Shown here: positions 8,437 through 16,375 of the stretch, piece by piece
How the letters are laid out: each line of letters begins with the position of its first letter
Position numbering within the stretch: position 1 is the stretch's first letter
Source of the DNA: Candidatus Coatesbacteria bacterium
Lineage (GTDB): Bacteria; JAFGND01
Length of the DNA stretch: 20,000 nucleotides
Direction: 5' to 3'
Assembly (NCBI GenBank): GCA_016927185.1
Contig: JAFGND010000044.1
Location: forward strand, 50,626-70,625
Notes under the pieces: generated by a model
Database searches by the model: none
Told to the model about the DNA's origin: nothing
The model's input: only the letters and a program-made list of their open reading frames with translations
Program-made: the position numbers and the translations under genes

Positions 8437-8838
8437 ATGACAAACAAAACTCAACTTCCTGGATTATTAATTGCCATTTGGGGAGGAATAGGAGTATTAT
8501 TTGCTGCTATAGCATTAGTCTTGAGTCTTGCTGGTACTGGACTTGGAATGCTGGGAAATATTGCTGGACAGGGAAGTCCGGCTGATATGATAGGTATGGG
8601 TGGAAGCATGGTATTTTCAATAATTTACTACGGATTATATATATTGTGGAATGGTGTAATCCTGTATGGTGGACTTCAGATGAAGCAATGCAAGAATATA
8701 GGACTTTCATGGGCAGCAGTTATAATGTCTGCAATTCCTTGCGGGTATTGCTGCATAATAGGTCTTCCACTAGGCATCTGGGGAATCATTACCTTGCTAG
8801 ATGAGGAAGTAAAAGCAGCTTTTGCAAGCAACATCTAA
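8437..8838 (+). CDS. Small Gly/Cys-rich membrane protein (about 3 TM segments), function unknown
   Basis: ATG 8437 preceded by AGGGGG. Hydrophobic helices, and C-terminal IPCGYCCIIGLPLGIWGIITLLDEEVKAAF. Confidence 0.75.
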   Translation: MTNKTQLPGLLIAIWGGIGVLFAAIALVLSLAGTGLGMLGNIAGQGSPADMIGMGGSMVFSIIYYGLYILWNGVILYGGLQMKQCKNIGLSWAAVIMSAIPCGYCCIIGLPLGIWGIITLLDEEVKAAFASNI

Positions 8839-9307
8839 TAAAAAAAAGGGTTTCTGGCAGGAGCGGATAACACCGTCTCCTGACCATTTCATTCTGTATC
8901 TAAGTATATTCATTATTGTCTGCTCTTTCTTGATGCCTTTTTTCCACAAGACTAATGAAAAAGGACAGCTTGAATTGAAGATATTCAATATTCCGATTCC
9001 ATATTATTGTTACTTCAAACTCACGACAGGGATTGACTGTCCTGGTTGCGGATTAGTGAGATCATATAGTTCAATGGCAAAAATGGATTTCAGTCAAGCT
9101 TTTGAAATGAACAGGATTGGAGTTTTCCTGTTTTTTCTTACATTGCTTCAGATTCCATGGAGATTTTTTTTCATTGTGATATACAAGAAGAAAAACAGGC
9201 TAAAGGATATTGGTGATAAGGCAATAGAATATTTGTTTTTCATGATGCTTGCAGGCTTGTTTGTCAACTGGTTCTATAATCTATATACAGGGCAGGCATT
9301 CAGGTAA
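8822..9307 (+). CDS. DUF2752-family membrane protein
   Basis: CYFKLTTGIDCPGCGLVRS...DFSQAFEMN matches the DUF2752 signature, flanked by TM helices. The TTG start overlaps the upstream gene by 17 nt and is uncertain. Confidence 0.85.
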   Translation: MQATSNKKKGFWQERITPSPDHFILYLSIFIIVCSFLMPFFHKTNEKGQLELKIFNIPIPYYCYFKLTTGIDCPGCGLVRSYSSMAKMDFSQAFEMNRIGVFLFFLTLLQIPWRFFFIVIYKKKNRLKDIGDKAIEYLFFMMLAGLFVNWFYNLYTGQAFR

Positions 9308-11428
9308 TTATTTCTTTAGCTGATCTTTCTTATTTGTCTTGTTTTTTTCATCTTTTTTCCTGTCTGCATCTTTTCTTTTTTCCTTCAAATCCTTCTTCTG
9401 ATCCTTCTTTTTATTATCATCCTTCCCTGATACATCTTCTTCCTCCTCATTCTCCTCATCTTCTTCCTCTTCACTTTTTCTCATATGCCTGAATTTCCTG
9501 GGAGGATCAGCAAATTCAAAATCGGAAAAATCAGATTCATCTGATATTTCTCCATTTCCCCCGTAAATCATCTCTTCAATCCTTGAGACGAATTCTTCAT
9601 GATTAGGCCCCATTTCACCCCTGAGGAATTCCCGATAATAAGTGGAGGGTGATCTTATTATTGTTGCAAGCCATGCTGCCTCTGTAACGCTTATATACCA
9701 TGGAGGTCTGCCAAAATACGTATAAGTTGCATCTTTTATGCCATATATGTTAGGTCCGAATTCTATGATATTGAAATATATTTCTAGCATTCTTCTTTTC
9801 GGTATTTCATTCTCTATTGCAAAAGTCAGAAGAGCTTCCTGAAATTTGCGCTTGAAGGTTTTCTCCCTGTCCAGGTAAAGATTTTTCGCGAGTTGCATGC
9901 TTATTGTACTGGCACCTCTTGCAAATCTGCCAACCTTTGCATCATGTTTTATTGCCCTTTGTATATGTCTCAATGAAAAACCTTTATGACCAAAAAAACC
10001 TCCATCCTCACAAATCAATACTGCACGTACAAGATAGTCAGGCAAGTCATTTATTGATACGAATTTTTTCGATTTAGGTGATACCAAGATAGTTTTAATA
10101 TATTCCCCATTTGCATATACTTCATGCTGGAAACTATCCCTAAGCTTGAGTATGGATGTATGAGGTGGTTCAGAGATTATCTTGAAATCCTTTACATTTC
10201 CTGAAGGAGAGAATTCTATCTGATCAATGTCCAGTGGATTCCAGTTTACGTTCACCGCATAATCCAGCTCGCCATTTACCTTGAAACCCTTGAGTTTCGG
10301 TATAAGTGATGCAGGTAAGCCATCAATCAAATCCTGTATTTTCTGGTGATGAATATATACTTTCATCTTTACAATCGGGGAAGTCCTTGGATTGGAAAGA
10401 CTCCCTTTTATCCTTGAACGGAAACTACCGAAAATTAAATCAGTATTGTTGAAATCAAGACTGTCTTGTTTTGGAAAATATCTTGATTCTGTGTTTATGC
10501 TGAATGTAATATTTTCCAGAGTATCGAGAGCTACGTATTTGTGATAAAAACCCCAGTCTACAAAATCAAGCCTTCCCTTGAAAAGAATATCTTTTGAATT
10601 TGGAAGATAATTGAATGTGAAGTCTCCCCCAAGACTTGTTGTCTGCTTCAGATATATATGCTTGGGAAGATATTGTGCAAATGCAAATATCGGTAGCGGG
10701 GGACTTTTGGCTATCATGCAAATAGTATCTGGTGTCACATGAATAGAGCTTTTGAATGGTTCCTTTTTTCCTGGCCACATGCCATTCAGGATAAGATCCA
10801 GCGAGCTGGTGTCTGTTTTATAACTGAAAGAGCCATTAAGATTTGAAACTCTCTGCATTATTTTGTAAATATAATCATTATAGACAACCTGTCCCTGTTC
10901 TATATTTATCTCTGGAAGTTTCAATGCAGAAAGAAGGCTTTCTTTTCCAACAATACTGCTTTTCTGTTCCCTGATTTTTCTCATTCTTCTAAATAATGAT
11001 GATATATTCCATTCACCTTTCTCATTTCTTGCAAGATACAAACTTGGTTCAATCATTGTTATTCTGGTTATCTTGAATTTTTTGTCTGCAAAAGGATTTA
11101 TGGAATAATCAAGCTCCACGCTTCCTATTTCAAGGATGGAATCCTCTTCCATGATAACCTTCAAGCTATCAATAACAACCTGATTATCAAGAAAGTAGTT
11201 TTCTATTTTGGAATATCTTATTTTCATATCGAATCTTTTTTCAAGTGCCGGAAGAACCTTTTCTGCTGTTATTTTTTCAGTATAGTGATTTATCAAGGGC
11301 TCCATTACAAGGCAGGAAATAATTATAAACGATACAGGTATTAACATGACAAAGGCAATCCTTGTCAGTTTTTTCCTGTTGTTAGATATATACGTTCTTA
11401 TATCATCAATAAAATCTTTTCTGAACAT
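9308..11428 (-). CDS. Monofunctional peptidoglycan transglycosylase (GT51) with a long N-terminal AsmA/DUF748-like beta region
   Basis: GT51 motifs EDGGFFGHKG (Glu474), GASTISMQLAKNL, RKFQE and KRRMLEIYFN. N-terminal TM anchor; AsmA-like segment ITMIEPSLYLARNEKGEWNISSL; no transpeptidase domain; acidic/basic tail. Confidence 0.88.
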   Translation of the reverse strand: MFRKDFIDDIRTYISNNRKKLTRIAFVMLIPVSFIIISCLVMEPLINHYTEKITAEKVLPALEKRFDMKIRYSKIENYFLDNQVVIDSLKVIMEEDSILEIGSVELDYSINPFADKKFKITRITMIEPSLYLARNEKGEWNISSLFRRMRKIREQKSSIVGKESLLSALKLPEINIEQGQVVYNDYIYKIMQRVSNLNGSFSYKTDTSSLDLILNGMWPGKKEPFKSSIHVTPDTICMIAKSPPLPIFAFAQYLPKHIYLKQTTSLGGDFTFNYLPNSKDILFKGRLDFVDWGFYHKYVALDTLENITFSINTESRYFPKQDSLDFNNTDLIFGSFRSRIKGSLSNPRTSPIVKMKVYIHHQKIQDLIDGLPASLIPKLKGFKVNGELDYAVNVNWNPLDIDQIEFSPSGNVKDFKIISEPPHTSILKLRDSFQHEVYANGEYIKTILVSPKSKKFVSINDLPDYLVRAVLICEDGGFFGHKGFSLRHIQRAIKHDAKVGRFARGASTISMQLAKNLYLDREKTFKRKFQEALLTFAIENEIPKRRMLEIYFNIIEFGPNIYGIKDATYTYFGRPPWYISVTEAAWLATIIRSPSTYYREFLRGEMGPNHEEFVSRIEEMIYGGNGEISDESDFSDFEFADPPRKFRHMRKSEEEEDEENEEEEDVSGKDDNKKKDQKKDLKEKRKDADRKKDEKNKTNKKDQLKK

Positions 11429-11536
11429 CTATTAATGCTTTTTTGTAGAGAGATTAAGTATATTCAAATGTGTCAAGCATAATCATGAAACAGACGTTTT
11501 TTCTCGATCTTCAATTAAATAATATAAATACTGGGA

Positions 11537-11782
11537 CTAATTGCCTGTTTCTGTTTCCTGTTTCTGTTTCATATAGAAAATCGTTCCTGTTATCCCGGAA
11601 ATAAGTCCAATGAAGAAACATATTGCAAGGGTTATGCTTACTGGATTTGACGCCTTCCAGAAAAGAAAATTCAATAAAACATCATTAGTATTCTGGGCTA
11701 TGAAAATAATCAGCAGAATTATGAGCATTAATGCAAATAGAAGATATATTTTCTCCTTGCCGGTTACGGAAAATTTCATCAT
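11537..11782 (-). CDS. LapA/DUF1049-family small membrane protein
   Basis: TM helix, IFIAQNTNDVLLNFLFW, then a second TM helix (FFIGLISG). SD AAGGAG upstream. Confidence 0.8.
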   Translation of the reverse strand: MMKFSVTGKEKIYLLFALMLIILLIIFIAQNTNDVLLNFLFWKASNPVSITLAICFFIGLISGITGTIFYMKQKQETETGN

Positions 11783-11994
11783 TTCTCCTTTCTTTCAATA
11801 GAATTCCTCTTGCTTTTTTTTAAAAAAAAGTCAAGATATTAATTCTGGAAAACATCAAACATTATCAAAACCTTATTGGTTGAGATCATATACAATTATT
11901 AATGAAATTTTGTGTGATAATTATTGTATTATTTCAAGAAATGATATCAATATGAACTTGACAGAATTTTTACTAAAAAACACTGGATTGAACC

Positions 11995-12933
11995 ATGACT
12001 AATAAATCAACTCCTTTCATAGTAATAAGTGGTCCTACTGCATCAGGAAAATCAGAACTTGCATTAGCGCTTGCAGAGAAGTATAATGGTGAGATAATTT
12101 CTGCTGATTCCAGGCAGAATTATAAATTACTTGATATAGGAACAGCAAAACCCTCGAAAGATGAACTGAAAAGAGTCAAGCATCATCTTATTGATTTCCT
12201 TGATTTGAATGAGATTTACAGTGCTGGAAGATTTCTGAAAGATTCAAGAGCACTTATCAACTCTATTTCCTTGTCAGGCAAAGTGCCATTCATTGTTGGG
12301 GGAACAGGTTTTTATACAAAATCCTGTCTTGAAGGTCTTCCTGAGATACCGATAATTCCTGATGAAATAACAGGCAATCTCAAGAAAATCATAAAGGAGG
12401 AAGGTGTAAAAAACCTGTACAATGAGCTTATTGAGAAAGATCCTGCATATGCAAAAACAATTGCAAGCACTGATCATATAAGGCTTGTAAGATCTCTGTC
12501 AGTAATAAGAACCACAGGAAAACCGTATAGCAGTTACAAGGTTGGAGATGGAGAAAGGATAAAGAGACCTTATTTTCATTTTCTTATTGATCCCCCTAAA
12601 GAAGTAGTGAAGCAAAGAATTGCCAAAAGAACAATTCAAATGATCAACTCAGGCTGGGTGGATGAAACAAGGAAGATACTTGAAATGGGTTATCATGTTG
12701 ATTGTCAGGGGCTTCAGACTATAGGTTACAAGGAAATAATTGAATATATTAAGGGAAAGATAACAATTGAGGAAGCTGAAAAAAAAATTATTACAATAAC
12801 AGGTCAATATGCAAAAAGACAGCAGACCTTTTTTTCCACCCAGTTTAATGATGGTTTTGATTTGAAATTATGGCCAGCAGATATTTCTAAAATGATACCT
12901 ATCCTTGATGGCTATTTAATGATAGAATATTAG
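11995..12933 (+). CDS. miaA: tRNA dimethylallyltransferase
   Basis: GPTASGKS P-loop, ISADSRQ.Y, DIGTAKP, HHLID, VGGTGFY, IGYKE and YAKRQ.TFF. Confidence 0.97.
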   Translation: MTNKSTPFIVISGPTASGKSELALALAEKYNGEIISADSRQNYKLLDIGTAKPSKDELKRVKHHLIDFLDLNEIYSAGRFLKDSRALINSISLSGKVPFIVGGTGFYTKSCLEGLPEIPIIPDEITGNLKKIIKEEGVKNLYNELIEKDPAYAKTIASTDHIRLVRSLSVIRTTGKPYSSYKVGDGERIKRPYFHFLIDPPKEVVKQRIAKRTIQMINSGWVDETRKILEMGYHVDCQGLQTIGYKEIIEYIKGKITIEEAEKKIITITGQYAKRQQTFFSTQFNDGFDLKLWPADISKMIPILDGYLMIEY

Positions 12934-12939
12934 GAAAAG

Positions 12940-14355
12940 ATGTTTTCATTATTCCGATTTCTTTTATTGCTAACGGATATTTTAACCTGGTTTATTGCAT
13001 TCCTGATTGCATTTCTTATAAGAAGTCATCCATCAGTTGTCAGCATGTTCAATCTCAAGCCATGGCCATTGAATCCTTATCTTTACTTGAAGATGTTTCC
13101 TGTTGTCACTTTATATATTTTGCTTGGTTTCCTTATTTTCGATCTTTATCAGAACAGGAAGCCTCTCTTCATGCCTCTTGAAATCTCCAGAATTGTAAAG
13201 GCTTTGTTATTTGCGCTTGGACTATGGCTGGCAACACTCTTCTTTACATATTCTCATTATTATTCAAGATTCGTAATAGGTTTGTCGTTCTTTCTTGGTG
13301 TTTTCTTCATGTGGATTGGCAGATATCTGCTTTTTCATCTAAATCCTTATCTTGTATCCAATTTCAATATGGATATAAGCAGGATATTAATCCACGGAAC
13401 TGGAAGGTATGGAAGGCAACTGGGTGAATTCCTTGCTGTCATTGGAAAGGAGAGGGGATTCAATGTTATTGGTTATACAGGCAAGGCAGAGGATCCATCA
13501 AGCCTGCCTTACGAACTTCTCTCTGAAGATATTTATGAAGCAACAGAAAAATATAAACCTGATGAAGTTTTCATAGCTCAGGATGAATGGAAAATAAAAG
13601 ACATGGTTGAACTTGTTTCAAATCTTAACCAGAATAGGATAATTGTAAGGGTTTTTTCCAGGGAATTCACATTTGTTATTAACAAGATTGGTTCAAGAAT
13701 AGATTTTCTTGGAGGAGTTCCAATAGTGACATTTATTGGTCGCTTGAGATCAAAATTCTATATAAGGATAAAGAGAGTATTAGACATAATCGTATCATCA
13801 ATAATCCTGGCAGTTTCTTTTCCTTTTCTCGCAATAATTGCCCTTCTTATAAAAATCACTTCTGAAGGAAGCATCCTGTTCAGGCAACAGAGAATGAAAA
13901 ATGAACGAGAGACATTTGAGTTCATGAAATTAAGAAGCATGTATAAGGATGCTGACAAAATTATTGATGAACTTCATGACATGAATGAGAAACAAAACCA
14001 GATCTTCAAGATAAAAAATGATCCAAGAATAACGCCCCTTGGAAGATTCTTGAGAAGGTTTTCAATTGATGAATTCCCTCAATTCTATCATGTGATTTGC
14101 GGACAAATGACACTGGTCGGTCCCAGACCCCCACTTCCAGAAGAAGTAGATAAATACGAGGACTGGCACAAGGTGAGGCTTCAGGGAATGATGGGAATTA
14201 CAGGACTATGGCAAATAAGTGGCAGATCTGATCTTGATTTCAATCAAATGGTTGCACTTGATTATTATTATATTGCCAATCCAAGTTTCTGGCTTGATTT
14301 ACATATTATTTTTAACACCTTTTTTGCTGTCCTGTTTTGCAAGGGTGCTTATTAA
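12940..14355 (+). CDS. Polyprenyl-phosphate glycosylphosphotransferase (WcaJ/WbaP/CpsE-type large monotopic PGT)
   Basis: Four N-terminal TM helices and a Rossmann-like middle (IHGTG..G). C-terminal KRVLDI, F.F.KLRSM, DPRITPLGRFLRRFSIDEFPQ, LVGPRP and GITGLWQISGRS. Confidence 0.93.
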   Translation: MFSLFRFLLLLTDILTWFIAFLIAFLIRSHPSVVSMFNLKPWPLNPYLYLKMFPVVTLYILLGFLIFDLYQNRKPLFMPLEISRIVKALLFALGLWLATLFFTYSHYYSRFVIGLSFFLGVFFMWIGRYLLFHLNPYLVSNFNMDISRILIHGTGRYGRQLGEFLAVIGKERGFNVIGYTGKAEDPSSLPYELLSEDIYEATEKYKPDEVFIAQDEWKIKDMVELVSNLNQNRIIVRVFSREFTFVINKIGSRIDFLGGVPIVTFIGRLRSKFYIRIKRVLDIIVSSIILAVSFPFLAIIALLIKITSEGSILFRQQRMKNERETFEFMKLRSMYKDADKIIDELHDMNEKQNQIFKIKNDPRITPLGRFLRRFSIDEFPQFYHVICGQMTLVGPRPPLPEEVDKYEDWHKVRLQGMMGITGLWQISGRSDLDFNQMVALDYYYIANPSFWLDLHIIFNTFFAVLFCKGAY

Positions 14356-15138
14356 GCAATTGTTTCTCTTGCAGTAATCATACATTATGAAATAACCAAT
14401 AATTCCCGATACTGTCATTAGTAAACTTATCCATTGATTATTGGTTATTCCAAGCAATAACTGATCTGCGGTATAAAATCTGAAGAAATCTACTATAAAT
14501 CTGCTTAATCCATAAAGGAGAAAGAAAAAGAAGAAATTGAAACCAACAAATGGTTTTTTCTTCTCTATCAAAACCATCAAGACGAAAATAGCCAATCCGT
14601 AGAAAGAAGAGTAAAGCTGGGTAGGATGAATTGGTATTGCAGAATGATAGCATTGAACTGGATAACTTCCTTCAGGAAAGATAACTCCAAGAAATGAGTT
14701 TGTGGGTTTTCCAAAACAGCAACCATTGAAGAAGCAACCTATCCTTGTCAGAAATTCCCCAAAACCTATTATAGGCATTACAATATCAGCTATTGGCCAT
14801 ATTGAAATCTTTTTCTTTGCAAGGTATATAATTGAAGACAGTACAGCAAGTACAAAGCCTCCTAGTACCGTCAGACCTGATAATCCTTTCCAGAATGCAA
14901 CTGCGTCCATCCAATGTCCCTTGAATTCATACAAATGAGTCAAAACATACATACCTCTTGAACCTACTACGGAAGAGACAAGTATCAATATGCTCAAATT
15001 AGAAATTATATCAGGATTTATATTCATTTTTTTGGCTCTCTTTTCAGCTAGCATTATTCCAAGAATGAAAGAAAGTGCCAGCATCACGCCATATGTATGT
15101 ATGCTGAAAGAACCAATTTCAAGTATAATCGGATACAT
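14299..15138 (-). CDS. lgt: Prolipoprotein diacylglyceryl transferase
   Basis: MYPIIL...YGVM, RIGCFFNGCCFG, HPTQLY and RFIVDFFR. SD AGGAGG. The 3' end overlaps the convergent gene by 57 nt. Confidence 0.92.
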   Translation of the reverse strand: MYPIILEIGSFSIHTYGVMLALSFILGIMLAEKRAKKMNINPDIISNLSILILVSSVVGSRGMYVLTHLYEFKGHWMDAVAFWKGLSGLTVLGGFVLAVLSSIIYLAKKKISIWPIADIVMPIIGFGEFLTRIGCFFNGCCFGKPTNSFLGVIFPEGSYPVQCYHSAIPIHPTQLYSSFYGLAIFVLMVLIEKKKPFVGFNFFFFFLLYGLSRFIVDFFRFYTADQLLLGITNNQWISLLMTVSGIIGYFIMYDYCKRNNCLISTLAKQDSKKGVKNNM

Positions 15139-15146
15139 TGTTCCTC

Positions 15147-16364
15147 CTATTCAGACCTTGATAAATTTATACTCTGGACTATTCCAATACTTATCAGAAA
15201 AAAGCTTATTGATGAACCGCCATAGGATATAAAAGGGAGTACTATCCCAGTTACAGGCACCAGACCTATCGTCATGCCAATGTTTACAAAAACATGAAAA
15301 GCTAAAATTGAACAAATGCCTATGACTACCAGAGAAGCAAAGGGATTTCTTATGGATGTGGCGCTGTTTATAAGCCTGTAAATAATGAACAGGAAGATCA
15401 GAAGTATGAAAGCGCATCCTATGAATCCCCATTCCTCGCCAATAACTGGATATACGAAATCCGTATGCTGTTCAGGAAGGAAACCTAAATTCTTCTGTGT
15501 TCCCTGCATATAGCCCTTTCCCAAGAATCCTCCTGACCCTATTGAAACCATGCTTTGAATAACATTCCATCCCTGTCCCTTTGGATCTATGTTTGGATCC
15601 CAGAAAATTGTAATCCTTTTTTTCTGATAATTTGCAAGCATGCTCCAGAAAAGCGGGAATGAGATACCGGATATTATATTTACAGTCATTGTTGCAAGAA
15701 TTTCCTTGAAGTTTATATGTGAAAAATAAAGGAAAATCAGAAGGAAACTCAGGAAGATAAGCCAGTAGAGACTTGAAAATGAGGTAAGCATGCTTATCAG
15801 GGGTGTGAGGAAAATGAAAAGATAAAGCAATCGGATACCTTTCCAGTAAAGAAGAGAAATAAGTACTGCAACAAGACTCAGGGACGAACCTAAGTCAGGT
15901 TCAATCATTATCAAGAACATCAATGGAAATGTCAGCAGAATTGGTTTTATAAGATCTGGTAGTGTAAAGTTTTTCACTTCTGAATCAACGAGATATCTGG
16001 CAAGAACCATTACATAGACAATCTTGGTAAGCTCCGATGGCTGGAAAAAGAAAGCTCCAAGTACTATCCATCTTCTTGCTCCTCTTGTTCCCTGGAACTC
16101 AATAATGAGAGGGACAAGCAACAAAAATATAGTTATTATCAGGAGAATGTAGCAATAAGCATAGTAATTCTTGTAGGGGATTGTCATCATTATTATCATG
16201 AGAATAATCCCCACAATAACCCAGATAATCTGTTGGAAGAAGTATTTCGTATTTATCTTGTCGAGAGTCTGGCTCGCACTATATACAATTAGCAATCCAT
16301 AAAGAATGGCAACAATCACACCAATGAAGAGCTGCCAGTCCAGATATCTGAGTTTTATTCTCAT
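15147..16364 (-). CDS. rodA: SEDS-family peptidoglycan polymerase RodA
   Basis: GARRWI, QPSELTK, EPDLGS, YQKKRI, QSMVSIGSGG..GKG...GTQ, PEQHTDF and LPFISYGGSS. The LDW N-terminus and GTQ motif favour RodA over FtsW. Confidence 0.92.
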   Translation of the reverse strand: MRIKLRYLDWQLFIGVIVAILYGLLIVYSASQTLDKINTKYFFQQIIWVIVGIILMIIMMTIPYKNYYAYCYILLIITIFLLLVPLIIEFQGTRGARRWIVLGAFFFQPSELTKIVYVMVLARYLVDSEVKNFTLPDLIKPILLTFPLMFLIMIEPDLGSSLSLVAVLISLLYWKGIRLLYLFIFLTPLISMLTSFSSLYWLIFLSFLLIFLYFSHINFKEILATMTVNIISGISFPLFWSMLANYQKKRITIFWDPNIDPKGQGWNVIQSMVSIGSGGFLGKGYMQGTQKNLGFLPEQHTDFVYPVIGEEWGFIGCAFILLIFLFIIYRLINSATSIRNPFASLVVIGICSILAFHVFVNIGMTIGLVPVTGIVLPFISYGGSSISFFLISIGIVQSINLSRSE

Positions 16365-16375
16365 CTTCTGATGTA

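Noticed and set aside
8388..8585. 65-aa + strand ORF starting at TTG 8388
   Set aside because: Out of frame with the membrane-protein CDS it overlaps. Its TTG is part of the putative -35 box.
9308..9500. TTC/TCC-rich tract resembling a simple sequence repeat
   Set aside because: It encodes the E/D/K-rich protein tail and has no regular repeat unit.
4667..12933. Remnant of the miaA-hfq-hflX operon
   Set aside because: miaA and hflX are about 6 kb apart on opposite strands, and no Hfq/Sm-like ORF was seen.
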